From the NCBI GenBank assembly GCA_035084275.1, contig CM068755.1:12648001-12712000 (forward strand): 64,000 nt of DNA, written 5' to 3'. The DNA comes from Hydrolagus colliei (lineage: Eukaryota). The notes beneath the pieces were generated by a model. The model did not search any database. It saw only the letters and a list, made by a program, of their open reading frames with translations, and was not told where the DNA came from. Shown here one piece after another: positions 1-12,890 of this stretch. Within the stretch, counting starts at the first letter, position 1. Every line of letters begins with the position of its first letter. The position numbers were made by a program, and so were the translations under genes.

Positions 1-1220
1 CCACTACATAATGTAACTGAAGCCAATTGCAATGAGGGTTCAGAACCTCTTCCACTCTCAGATATGCGTGGCCTCACCCCAACTATTTTCTGGATTCCAA
101 ACTGCTTTGCATAAGAATGTCCTTGTTGTTAACTCTGTTTAGCCTGGGGTGTACAGCAGAAACTCATTGAATGTGGTTTACTCTCTGCTCAACAAATTAC
201 ACAATGACACATGTGCATCTTGATAACATCTTGATATTGTGCATATGGTGTGTTGAAATAAATGTCACTTTCATTGGTTTCTAGATAAAATGTTTAGGAA
301 TGCCAAATCACTGACTCACAATTGATTTACACATCACTCAGTACCTGCGTGAAACACTTTCATTCCAAGTCTGCAGAGATAGCTTTCATAAGAGTTTTGT
401 TTTAATGTACTGGTACATGGTTTATACAAATACCTTTACATGCACTCAGCATCACTTTGCAACTGATGTTGTGTTAAGGTCCAACATGAATTCACTATCT
501 CTTTTCTTGGCAATAACTGACTTACGTGATAGTGTGACATTGTCGGCAGATTTAAATTATTGTTCATGTCCTATTACTGCAACAGGAGTTAAGGGAGGCA
601 TCAAGTACAATGACACTCACAATGCAATTGTAGTTTTAACACTAACATTCATCTTGAGTCGAATATTTTTCAAACCTCAGAACATCGGTGTTGCATAAAA
701 TACAAGCATTATTATTATAGTCTCGATATTCTCTATTTTGATGAACTCTGTTACATTGCAGGTGGAGATGAATACCTACAAACATAGGAATCCCAGGGTA
801 TTCGAAAGAAAGTAGATCATGCACACTATTAAAACATCTCGACTGGTGTCCTCAGTGTACCTTAGATGTACGTACAGGAATAACTCATTCTGGAAACTTT
901 AAAATGTTCAGATTTATTACTTAATTTTAAAGAGATTATATGATACAGATTGTTTTTCAAAATGGTTTACAGTTATATTATGCAATGTAATTCCTTTTAC
1001 ATTTGTGCATGGCAGGAAATATAATAGGAATGTCAAATATGAGAAAACTGATATAGATAGTTAAAACTGGACATGACAGCTGATCATCGTCATGCCAGAC
1101 TGTAACATCTCCCTTCCCATTCTCGCTGGCTCAAATCCCAATTCACGTTGCATCTACATAACCAAAGGCGTTACATTTAATATTTCCTTGTGCGCACTTC
1201 GTTATGACCTTGCTTGAAAA

Positions 1221-1443
1221 GAGAGGGGAGTTTTTCCCAGTGTCCTGGGCAACAACCATCTAGATGAAGTTGATCATTCATTCATGGCTGTTTTGACAAA
1301 CGTTGGATGTGCACAAATTGCCTGTTGCATTCACCTATTAACGTATTCAGTCACTACACTTTGCAACAAAATCACTTGAAGAGCTTTGAGAAGTTTGCAG
1401 ATGTAATTAGGTGTTATCAAATGCAAGAGTTATTATTTTATTA
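1221..1443 (+). mobile_element. Old DeuSINE-like (SacSINE1/AmnSINE1-type) SINE, 3' half
   Basis: GGGGAGTTTTTCCCAGTGTCCTGGGC...GGCTGTTTTG...GTGCACAAATTG...GAGCTTTGAG...CAAATGCAAGAGTTATTATT follows the Deu-domain plus L2-type tail as recalled; heavily diverged. Confidence 0.65.
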
Positions 1444-2657
1444 TTTATCAAACTGGGTTCTTATCAATTCAGACTACACTAATGGTTTGATCCACACCCC
1501 ATAAGATGGTTGAAATGAGTCAGGTGGTAAGACACTCAACTAGTTTCTCCTAATTTTTTTATTTAAAATGAAAATCTGGGAAAAATATAACTTAGTTTGT
1601 TGTACTATCCTTACAATATGTTACCGAACAGCCACGACAAGATCCACAGAGATAGTTTAACTAGTTTGCATTATGTGTTATGTTACTCTATCAACCTCAT
1701 AAAACATGTAAATGAATTGCCCTTAATCATCTTGTCTTGGATCTGAACTTTGTCTCAATTGCTAGTTTGCACATATATTGACTTGATTGACAGAATAGTG
1801 GGTGACATATCCAAAGGATAAGTGTGGCTACAGCATCTATTTTCATTGCAGCAGGGAACTGATCTAGGAGTGGGTCATATAGTAGTCACTTTTCATTAAA
1901 GTTCCTGCTCCAGAAATAGTATCCAAACCATTGAAAGGTGTCAAGGTTAAGACTACTTTGGCAACAACTCACACAACCCTGCATGGTGATTGCATTTCAA
2001 CAAAATGCATGCCCAGATTGTCTTCACTTTCAAACCTTATAGATTTAATTACATTTAAGACAGACAACATGATAGGCAAACACTTATTACCTTTTATATC
2101 TTCTACATCTTTTGTTCCTTCCTATTTTCCTTCGCTTTGTTGTTTGCTTTTATAACCTATAATTGATCTCTTCGATTTCTGCCAACAGGTATTGCTGTTC
2201 TAGAAGGAACGTTAGGAAATTTTCCATTCTCAAAGGGTAGGAACTTGTAGCAGATTATATTAGCTTCAGCACTGTTGACCAGTCAGGGATTTGGACTTGG
2301 GTTGAAATTCCATTTGGGTCTAGGTTTAATCTATTAACACAGTATTTTAGAGCATCTAGAATTTAAATAATCTTTCATTTTAGTGGGTATTCACAGAACT
2401 AATAGAATTGAACAATTTGCCAGTTTCTGCTTCCTCTGAAATGCTACATTAATAAGGTGGAATTTTTATTTGTGTGTTTTAATATGTCTATGCTGCTAAG
2501 AATTTTTGGGGGAAGTACCTACCTACATATAAACAATTAGTACAATGAGTACAATCCTGACTGCAAATACAAACAACTGAAGCAAGCAAAACTTGCTTGA
2601 ATAATACATTCTCCTGCAAAATATAGTACAATTTAATATTTTCTTCCCAAAAATCCG

Positions 2658-2717
2658 ACAACAACAAAATTTAATTTGTGTAGCACCTATCACGTCGGGA
2701 GGACATCCCAAGGCGCT
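2658..2717 (-). mobile_element. L2-type retroposon 3' tail
   Basis: Reverse complement AGCGCCTTGGGATGTCCTCCCGACGTGATAGGTGCTAC...TTGTTGTTGT matches the 3' end of the L2 at 44091-44539. Confidence 0.75.
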
Positions 2718-4061
2718 ATGATACTCAAGATATTTCCTTGTGCTACTATCAGATATGATTCCCCGGCTTCAATCCTGTCATTGCTTGAGATTTGTATAAA
2801 TGTATCAGTAATTCTAACTAAGGTTTAGTTAATTCATTGTTATTGTAAACATCTGGGAATCATCAGTACAATTCATTTTATTAGTTTGAGTTTTGTTTAT
2901 TGATTTTAATGGAACTTCCCGATGGAGCCGGAGAAAAGATTTGTACAAATGATAATTTTATAATAGCTGAATTGTAGTAATGAGATTGTATAATCTTTAC
3001 ATTATCTTCATATTACCAGTTCGCCAATAAACTTTGAGCTTATCATACATGAGTCAAAACTTTGGGGAATGCAAAAATATTTGCAATTCAGAATAAAAAA
3101 TACCACAATGATACTGATTAACTTATTTCAAAACCACCATAAAATGAAGCTGTGCAAATGATACCCCTGTTGTCTCCTTTGTAATTAATTGGCCAGTACT
3201 TTACCATTAGAGGCCTGGTTTGCAGTACAATATTGAATTGAATGAGAGTGAAAAGATTTGATATTTAAGAAGAAAACTTTTCTCCATCTGTAAACATATG
3301 CATGTGATAGGAAACTTTTAAAACACGTGATTGAGTTATCATTATGAGCACTCAAATGTCCCTGATCTGCTCGTGTTGGCCTTTTATGCTGATAGAGAAG
3401 GGTGTAAAAAATGTAAAATTACTTTTTTTGATAAATATCATCTTCATAGAAACAAAAACGCTTGCCACAATGAAAGCATGCTATATTACTCGAGGGTACC
3501 AGATTAGCTTTGACATTTCTGAATGTACTTTCTTGATGAGCAGGTTGATGTCAATGGGCGGACCTCATATTTTCTAATTCAATGTCAGAAGCAATCTTGT
3601 AATGTGATAGGATGTACATTGACCACATGACAAATCAAATCAAAGAGACACTTAACACTGAAAGGCAATGTTTGCCAGGTAGAGTTCTGAGTTCAGTTTC
3701 TGTGTAATGTCTTGATTTATTCCCTCAATACTGAATCAAAAATATTGCTTCCTCATACATAGAGTATCTTTGACTATAATAATAACATCTAGCACTCACT
3801 AACAATAATACACACTGCAGTTTACTGTGATGAAAAATCGGAATGATACATAACATCTTCTTGGTACATTTTTTTAAAAAATGAATAAGTCCCGAAACTC
3901 AAAACGTATTATGAGATAAAATACATCATCAGTCTCTGGTTTAAATTTCACATGTCCCCATAAGGACACTGAGAGATTTGTGTATTGTTTTGCTAAACCA
4001 TGCTTTGACTGTCATCGACCACAGTTGTGCAAATGCAAAGCAAAAAGGAAATTCTATAACA

Positions 4062-4158
4062 CAATGATAATAACAATCCCTGCATTTGATGTAACGCCCT
4101 TACCACATCATCAAAACATCTCAAAGTGCTTCACAGAATATACTGTAAAGTTAATTGA
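4062..4158 (-). mobile_element. tRNA-SINE 3' fragment (TTA-tail family)
   Basis: CATCTCAAAGTGCTTCACAGAATATACTGTAAAG is shared with more than 10 other copies in the window. Confidence 0.8.
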
Positions 4159-4519
4159 TGGTATACTACTACTCAATGAAAACAATTTGTAGTACTGTAT
4201 ACTGTACCAAGTGTGCCGTATCGGAAGCAGTCCTGCAAGTGATGAGAACATAGTTATACTTATGCTGCCCACTCACACTGCTCTTGAGTTGGAAAGCAAG
4301 CAGATCCTCCACACACGACTACTTAAATGCACACACGCACAGCGTCTTGCTCACCAGCCTTAGCTGCCAGCACCATGGTTAAATGACAGAAGATAGCTGA
4401 CGGGATAATCAGCTTGTTCCCATTGTTTGCGATTTCAAAGCGGTACAGCAGGCAGCCCAAATTCCACTGAAACTTTCAAGAATAAAACATTGGCCGCATT
4501 TACATTGCAGGCAGAGTGT

Positions 4520-4665
4520 AGCACGGGTTGAAGCAGAGTCCATGATAGCTTTTAAAAGGGAATTGGACACACATTTAAAAAGTAAGAATGGCATGGGAAA
4601 CAGAACTAAGTAGATTAGTGTTGGCACGGGCACAATGGGCTGAACAGCCCCATTATGTAAAATTC
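4520..4665 (+). mobile_element. CR1 LINE 3' end, degenerate
   Basis: Translates VEAESMIAFKRELDTHLK, matching VEADSITTFKRELDLYL of the CR1 ORF at 18786-19652; followed by the GGCAC...TGGGCTGAA 3'UTR motif. Confidence 0.8.
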
Positions 4666-5254
4666 CAGCATATTTTTCAGGTTTGATTTAATATTTATTC
4701 CAACCTATCGATTTTGGTGAAGTTAGCAACATGAACATTTGATGTCAATATGCTCTGAAAGAACTTGCCATTGCCAGTGTACAATGCAGTCATAAATGTG
4801 TTTAATATGGTAAAAGCTGATCAATTATTTTACTGCGCTGTTACACTATCAGATTAATCGGAGTCCTGAGGTCTAGCATCATTGCTATCTGCAGTCCTAT
4901 GATCAACAGTTTTTCTGCCTCTTTGAAGCAGCGAGACCAACTTCAAGTAAGTTTGCAGAGGCACAGGCTGCCATAATTTTTCTGTCTTCAGGCAAGCTAC
5001 ATGCAGACCAGTCTCTACAGGTCAATTGTCCGGTTGCCCAATCACTAGTCTATACAGACAGACCCGTGCTAACTAGTGGAGAATGTCCTCCAGGCAGAAA
5101 ACAAAGCCACAAATGGAAATTAAACCAGCTGTCAAAGGCATGCAGAAGCTTGTACAGGTGAAGTTGCAGTCTGCTGTGTGAGATCCTTGAAATCTTCCCT
5201 ACAGTGTAGGTATGGAAACGCCACAGCACCAGGACTCCGAAATATCTCTGAATA

Positions 5255-5320
5255 AGCGATCTGAGACGCCGTCCGGGGTGGAGGGCACTATATAAATCCA
5301 AGTTGGTGTTGTTGTTGTTG
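5255..5320 (+). mobile_element. L2-type 3' tail (variant family)
   Basis: TCTGAGACGCCGTCCGGGGTGGAGGGCACTATATAAATCCAAGTTGG(TGT)n; sister copy at 50361-50418. Confidence 0.7.
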
Positions 5321-7734
5321 AATCACTTTTACTAGAAAATAATAAAAAAAGACATATTTGAGCTACAGATAAAACTCCAGCTTTCATTCATCTACAGGCA
5401 ATTCGCAAAGTCACACCACCTATCCTTTAATACCCTTCTTACTTCTTTGTCTGCACTTTTGGTCAACTTTTCCCTTATCACTCTCGGAGGCTCCCATTTC
5501 CAGCTCATCTCCAGCTCCTAACTCTAACCTTACATTGTTGAGCACTTTGAAACCTCCTCCCAATGCGAAAAGCTAATATATATATGTAAATGATATTGTA
5601 TCGTAATGCTGCTTTTGGCCTAAAAATTTAAGAAACCGCCACTGCAAGTTGCCAAGCAACAACACAGCATGCCGCAAAGCTGCAAGGCTTCATCACTGTG
5701 GATTCAGATGCAAGCTTCGGTAGTTTGAGATCTGTGTCTTGCTCTGGCAACCACTGTTCCCGCTTCATCAGGAATAACACAGCAATCAATAATAGAGTTA
5801 TCTGAACCACATCTTCTCTTCAGTCGTGAGTGATGCGACAACAGACAAAATAAAATTATTTGCGATGTTTCAGTGCGATTGACACTTCCTGATTGTAATG
5901 TTCTTGGAACTGAACCTGAATGCATTGCTGCTCGGAAGAGTAGTGGCAGGGCAAGCAGTGGGCAGGTTCGGAGTCACTCCAACTCACTCACCTCACTAGG
6001 GCAAATTCTCTGCCAGATTGCTGAATAGAGACCAATGTCGTTTTAGGCATTCGGACTGTGGGGATAAAGTGACACCATCGATTTTGCTTCCTGCAAATCA
6101 TCCGTGGAGTACAATTAAAGATTTTGGTGATGGACTCAACTAAACAGCTGCTGTTTCATACTAGATATTTTTTTTTAAATTAAATAGAAAATGTGAAGGG
6201 GTTCAAATAGCGGTTTCTTTTTATTAATCTATTTTGGATTTGGGGTTGACTTGAAAGTCTAGCCCACAATGCTTATTTGTGTGTTGGAGCATCCCAAGCT
6301 GTCAATACTACCTGCTTGTAATTCAGTGACTATTGTATTGAATGGAGTCTTAATTGTTTAATTAATTGCTGAATAATTTGCTAATTTCTCTGATCAACAT
6401 TTCTGTTAGATTTTCCATTGCATTCTCGTTATTCTTGCATGCATTTTCTCTATAATGCCATTTGTATGTTTCCCGTAAGCAATTCCCTCTTATGCTTTGT
6501 GTCTGCCCTTTGGTCTGAACCATCTCTTGTCTTGTCCCCTAATACTTATGCCCTTACATGCATTTGGAGGTATCTAGTAAGAATAACTTGTGGGCAATAT
6601 TTACCTTTGTCTGGACATATATCAGATGAATGGGAATGTATATATTCAGCAAGATCTTCCGAGCCCACTGGTGTGACATAGGTTACACCAGTGGGCTATT
6701 TCACAAATTCCTCCATCATTTAATTAATTAACTTGTTAGCGTCTTGAATAGTAATTAGCAATGTCAACTCTCTCTGAGTCTGAGTACGAGATAAGATCTT
6801 ATCCTTGCAACATTTGTGCATGGTTCCTCTGATTCACAGTAAGTTGAATAAGAAAACAGTCCTCTGGAATTCCATCATTGCTTGCAAATCAGCTAGCAGA
6901 ATTTCTTCCCATCTCTGGAATTTTTGCCTGAACATAATTTTGAGGCAAATTTGAGTGATGATATGTTAAGTACCAGCATAAAAAAATCTCAGTGCCAATA
7001 CAACAAGATAATAGTCCAGTCCTTTACACTAGGACCCACGGGTGTCCAGAGGAAATGTACATAAAAGAAACAAAAACATGTGGGGCCCATGTCCTGATGG
7101 TCAAGAGAGTTGGAACCTTTTTTGACAACAGCCCCCAAGCAAAACATTGATTGGGGTTGTGGCTGTCAACAGAACATTAGTAAGTAACACTAAAGTAAAC
7201 CTTGAATTGAGTTGCCTGGAGTTCCAATGCTCTGTACAATGAAACAATCCAGCCACAGTTTACCTTCAGCAAGCCAACAACCTTGAATTTCCATTCTGTT
7301 GCCTTCATGATTGGTGACAGACATTAGAATTGCAACGTTGCCTTTCCTGAGAAAACATCAGACTGAAGTTTCCAATTACATACTCTATGGGTTAAAATGT
7401 TTAGCATTTTATTAACAACCCCAATAATTTTGCTTGAATTCATATACGTTTTTAAAATAAAACTTGCACTACACTGTGGGTAGGTAATTTTGTATTTGAA
7501 GAAGGCATTGCAAATACTTAGCTTCGTAATCGACTTTGAACAGCAGTGGACATCTAGTTAATTTGCTATCAGAAAGTTTGGCCCAATTTAATCCTTGCAG
7601 TTAATTTTTCTTCAATTTAAGTTAGCACAGTACAAAGCATACGCAATAAAAATACACCAAGTGCACAGTACCCTAAATAAGATAGAAGCTTTGAGCTAAT
7701 TTCAGTGTTAATGCAACTAAAACCTGAAATGAAA

Positions 7735-7880
7735 TTGCACACATGAGGGAGAAAGGAATAGAGGGATATGAGAGAGTGGATTTGGATGGTTGGGGGCTCA
7801 TCTGGAGTAAAGACCCACATAGTCCAATTGGGCTGAATGGTCTGTTTCTGTGCTGTTATAGTCTATGTAATTCTATTCTA
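7735..7880 (+). mobile_element. CR1 LINE 3' UTR fragment
   Basis: GGGAGAAAGGAATAGAGGGATATG...TTGGGCTGAATGGTCTGTTTCTGTGCTG...CTATGTAATTCTATTCT: CR1-type terminal hairpin plus ATTCT-like tail. Confidence 0.7.
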
Positions 7881-9944
7881 CTGCGGTAACCTTACAATTT
7901 TACATTATACAGTAAATTGGTTTGCACTGGAGATATAACCGTTGTTAATTAGCATCTGAGTTATTCTCTGCAAATATTCCACAAATACCGTCTCCTATAA
8001 ATAGGATGCAACATTCTTTCTCCTTTAATTTGATGATCAAAGAATAAGAATATTAAAAATGTGTTTTTTGTACTGCAAAGGTGAATAAAGGTGAATAAAC
8101 ATCTTGCACTTTATTATGGCATCAGTGTACATACCCAGGAAGCAACAAGAAGACCATTTCATCAAACTAATTGTCTTAAAGTAGAGAAAGAACTTTATCT
8201 ATTAGTCTATTATGGAGCTTTTCTTAATCACAAATAGGGCTCTGTTTCCCTAGGGGCAGTGTATTCTAATTTACAATTGAACCACAGACCAAAGTAATCA
8301 ATCTTTCCCAGCACTTTTACACTGTAATTGCTGTGACATAACAAAAAGTCATTCGGGCAGAGTCGGGGAATGAGGTGGAGATATTTACCAGGAATTAGCC
8401 TAGGGTGTGAGTAGCCATGCTCCAATGGTATGAATATGCAATGAGGGCTCATTAGTAGCAGAGTGATGTTGTGACGAATGGTGTCCCCAGACCGATATGG
8501 CCTAAACATGAATTTTATAATGAGTCATATTTCACTGCATGTCAACATGTTCTTCACTTTCTTCCCTCTCACCTCTAACCGTTTCTGCTTTATTAACACC
8601 CTGTGAACTCATCTCTCCCTTTGTTACTGAAAATTACTCTCTCAGGTACTATTTTTTTGGAATTCTCTATACATTTATGCAAAAAAAGCCGACTCCATGA
8701 ATTTTAGAGAAATAGGAACCAGAGAAGAATATCAATTCATCTGAATACTTTTCTAATTGTTCCTCTATTTCCCCCAAAAAATCTGGGTGTCAAATTTAGA
8801 CTGATGTGGTCTATTTCTTTAATTTAGGATGCCTGTCTTTCCAGTTGATACAGTGAACGACATTGGCATCGATATTACATTTGAAAATTAAAAACTTCTA
8901 GAAAACTCTTGTTAACACACAGAGACAATTAAATGTGCTCCATTCAGCATTACATCTGAAGATCAATTTTATTGCTTGAAAATGACTTCCAATGACTCCC
9001 GCAAAAAGACAGCTGCCAAAAAATTGGAGTAGTTTTTCAAATATTACAATTGCTTTCCGAGTAAGAGCCCTTAAATATCTACTTTGAGCTGCATTAGAGA
9101 AGGGTTTATATGTCTCAGTTGAAGATTTTTTTTTCAAATCTTCTAATGGAACTGGAAAGCGAGATGTGATTTTAATGCATTATTTTTTCTTCCCAAAAAG
9201 CGTTACATTAAACTACTATCACATCTGTACACCACTAGGTTAATTCCAAAATATTCTTAAATGACTCGTCTTAAAAGCATTTGAAGTGCATATTAGGAAG
9301 CACATTTAACTAAAGTGTATACAATTTTTCTGAGGACATTTTACTCCTGATGTCTACATAAGGAACCTCTGTAGTGCAATTCTCGTCAAGCAGCTGTCAG
9401 GTGAGTGCACAATGCAACTTAAAGAGCAAATCATTTCAAGAAATTCAAACTACATCTTATACACGAGCAAGCATATGCAACACTATTTCTACACTACATG
9501 AAATGTTTTCTAATACTGTATTGTACATTTGCCTGTTTTTAAATACAATAGGTCCATATGGTTTAGTACAAAACTAAACCATATGACTACTTTGTGTCTG
9601 AAACTGGGAAGAATGGCAACCAGAAGATCTTGCTTGCATGGTTTGGATTTTGAACCATGGTTACTCTTATTATTGGCAGCTATATTCTTGTACAGTGAGT
9701 TACTGAAGGCCTGTCAGCCCCACCCCTCGCAGCCAGACTGTTTCCATGACAGCTTGAGGTACAAGGAACAATGCAGAGACGTACTTCCCACCTGTCAGTG
9801 CTCTTGACCCCAGGCAACCACAGAGGCCATGTGTATTGTACGAGTGCAAAATTAAGAATGAAGTAAAGTAAATGTGAGCAAGTGGAAGTTACTAAAACGT
9901 ACAACTGTTAGGAAATTAAAACCAGCAGATGAAGAAAACGCACC

Positions 9945-10141
9945 TAATAATCCCTCAAAAAAAATAATAAATTGGTCATTTCAATACCTGACGTTTTGTG
10001 GGACACTGTTGTGCACAATTAGCTGCCGCGTTTCGCCCACAAATATACAGTCAACTCACTTTACAGTATATTCTGTGAAGCGCTTTGAGACGTCTAGAAA
10101 ACGAGAAAAGTGCTGTATCAACTGCAAGGATTATTATTATT
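9945..10141 (+). mobile_element. tRNA-SINE, 5'-truncated (TTA-tail family)
   Basis: GTGGGACACTGTTGTGCACAATTAGCTGCCGCGTTTCGCCCACAAATATACAGTCAAC...GCGCTTTGAGACGTCTAGAA...GGATTATTATTATT; aligns with the full-length copies at 35042 and 58122. Confidence 0.9.
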
Positions 10142-10240
10142 GTAAGCGTTATGATAAGTATCCAGAGGTAAATAAATAATTGGGATGGCTGGAAAGAAAC
10201 ATTTATTTCTCCATTTTCTATTTTTTTAATATTATTTTCT

Positions 10241-10411
10241 AGCTCACAGTCCAGGCTGACCATCCAATACAGTTTTGGGGGAACATTGTATTAACAAAGC
10301 TGCTGTTCTTTGGGTGAAACAGTATAACCGAGGTGCTGTCTATGTGTTCAGGTGGACATTAAGGATCCTGTGGCACTATTCGAAAAGTGAAGGGATTTTC
10401 TCCTGGTGTCC
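10241..10411 (+). mobile_element. Old DeuSINE-like SINE, internal (Deu-domain) fragment
   Basis: TAACCGAGGTGCTGTCTATGTGTTCAGGTGGACATTAAGGATCCTGTGGCACTATTCGAAAAG...TTCTCCTGGTGTCC matches the recalled Deu-domain; homologous to 34540-34600. Confidence 0.75.
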
Positions 10412-12506
10412 CTTCTGTTTTTTGCTTGTATGCTTTCGTTTTGTTCCGTGTCTTCATAACATTTCAAATAGCAAAGCAATTCCCTGCTTTTCCAAACATC
10501 GTTTATGTTTTACAGTACATCATTTGCTTTAATGTTTGATTGTTTTTGTCATATCCTGTTCAATTCTCTCTCTCCCTGTTATTGCTTTTTTTTCTGATTT
10601 ATTAATGTGTTTCTGATTATCATTGAATCTTGAATTTAATCTATCATAATTAAGAAAATATGGAATTAGGTCATTCATTTCATGGAACTCATTCTTTCCA
10701 AAGACCCTGCAAGACTCACTCATAAAGAGCTCTACCCAATGTATTTAATCTCTTCAGTGAGGCTACTCCACATTACTGGCCCAGCATTTGCCACAGCTTT
10801 CATATTCCTTGTACTGTATATAGCATACATGCATTTAAGTGTTTAAACATGTTTCTGTCTATCTGATTGTGTAAGGAAGAATCAGATATGCCAATATACA
10901 TTCAAAGGTAAGATCACGTTTTTAGAAATACACGCATGCTGAAACCTACACACAGCATTTCAGTAACCCATAATCCAATTAGATCTACATGTACAATGCA
11001 TATCAGGAAAACTCACATTTGTTACTGTATAATTAATGCAATCTTAATTTCAAACCTTATGTATAAATGGCATAACATTGGGAAGTTCTAAAGCATACTG
11101 GAGGGGAATCCAATATTTGAAAACAGAACAAGCTGTGATGGTGATAAAAGTAGCAGATATTCATTGTCTGGCATCTCAGACATGCCTAGCAGCTGAATGA
11201 ATGGCTTATATCTTCTATATCAACAGTGTTTGTCTGCTCTACAAATGGCATTCACTCCCATATGATACATGTATGATCCATGTATTCATGGCGGATTTTC
11301 ATGACACATACCGTAGATTCCTGACTCCTGACTCCGTTGTAGTTTGATTTAGTCCCAATTTATTCCTTATTTTGTTAGTATATGTACAGATACACCAAGT
11401 GTACATGAATCTGATTCTAAGCAATTTGTTTTTCTCTTTTAGGACCTATAACTTGTTTGTCTGTTAACAACACTTTCAAGCCAATATTTTGCAGAGTGAA
11501 CAGACAATACGTAGTTTCTTAATTGGCTAAGCTTGCGGTAGACACATCAGTCTCAATTACATTTTATTGCATATAAAAGCAATGGTCATTTTTGAAGTTG
11601 ATGAACTCTATATCACAGGACTGATTCCCAGAAATGTTACTGTGTTAACGTGCAATGTAACCCGGACTGAAGATTGCTGATAAATCTCTACAGTGCAGTT
11701 TACAAGTAATGCTTGTTAATACTGTACCGAGTACCAGTTAGAGCATTTAACCCTTCAGGCCTGAGAAACATTTTGGTAGTGGTCAAATACATCCACCTCA
11801 ATGGCTGTCAGTGAAATTCACAGCTGTAGAGGTTAATCTTATTTACTGAGGTCACTCAATGTTTAAGTAATGCCATTCATTCTCTAGGGGGAAAAAAAGC
11901 TGGCATAGATATCCTGGTGTCTGTTAGCATTTCTGAGCCCTGAGCTGGACTGTTGTTATCAAGCTGATTCTGCCTCTAATACAGAATGGGAATAGAAATC
12001 TCAAAGTCATCTGGCAAGATAAGAGAAGACAGAGGAGCACTGTACACCTAATGACAGATTCCTCTGTGTCCCTTGTGTCGTGGGTCACCCATGTTAAGAA
12101 TGTATGCATCCAATCATCTACTGACTGTTATCGTGGCAACCCTCAAGCACAATCAGATATGAAATAATTTGGTGCTACACTAAATGAACAATGACCCTTT
12201 AGAGCACTGGTAACTATATCATAAAGTTATGTATTTATCAACAAAAACAATGGTGGCATTAGCCAACATACCAATTAGAGGACAATTCCTTCCACGAGGC
12301 TCACTAACAATGCATATCCTTATTTCAATCTTAATGGTGACATATTCACACAGTGTTACGGGAAACTTTCCAAAGATGAATGTCATCAGAAATCCAGATA
12401 CAGCTTTGAAAAATAATCATCCTTCTTTTAGTTTGTGTTTTTTTTAATCCAAAACCTCATTAGTTAACCCATTTACCATCCCTTATAGACAATATACAAT
12501 CATGTA

Positions 12507-12722
12507 CAGTAAAAGCCCATTTATCCGGCACCCTCGGGACCTGGCCAATGCTGGTTAAAGCGCCTGCCGGGTATTCAGCCGAAAATGCAAAACAAAAAGT
12601 TAAAAAAAATTCTAATGCATTTTACCAGATAAATTCCGGTTAATCAAATACGGACCTTTTTTTGTGATGCCGGTTATACGGAAGTTACGGGTGATCCGGT
12701 GCCGGATAAATGGGCTATCCTG
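12507..12722. mobile_element. Tc1/mariner (pogo/Tigger-like) MITE, 216 bp
   Basis: TIRs CAGTAAAAGCCCATTTATCCGGCACC and GGTGCCGGATAAATGGGCTATCCTG share the perfect core AGCCCATTTATCCGGCACC; TA on both flanks (12505-12506, 12723-12724); no ORF. Confidence 0.9.
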
Positions 12723-12762
12723 TAATGTATAATTGTAGATATGCACTTCAGTTCGTTTATTC

Positions 12763-12890
12763 TAATAATAATCTTTGCATTTGATGTAGCATTTTCATGC
12801 CTTCTAGACATCTCAAAGCACTTCGCAGAATATAATGTAAAGTGAATTGTCTGTATATTTGTGGGGCAAAATAGGGCTGCCAATTGCACA
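12763..12890 (-). mobile_element. tRNA-SINE 3' fragment (TTA-tail family)
   Basis: TAATAATAATCTTTGCATTTGATGTAGC...TTCTAGACATCTCAAAGCACTTC...ATATTTGTGGGGCAAAA. Confidence 0.85.

Noticed and set aside
7101-7168. Imperfect hairpin, possible pre-miRNA
   Set aside because: Stem is short and bulged; no known mature miRNA recognised.
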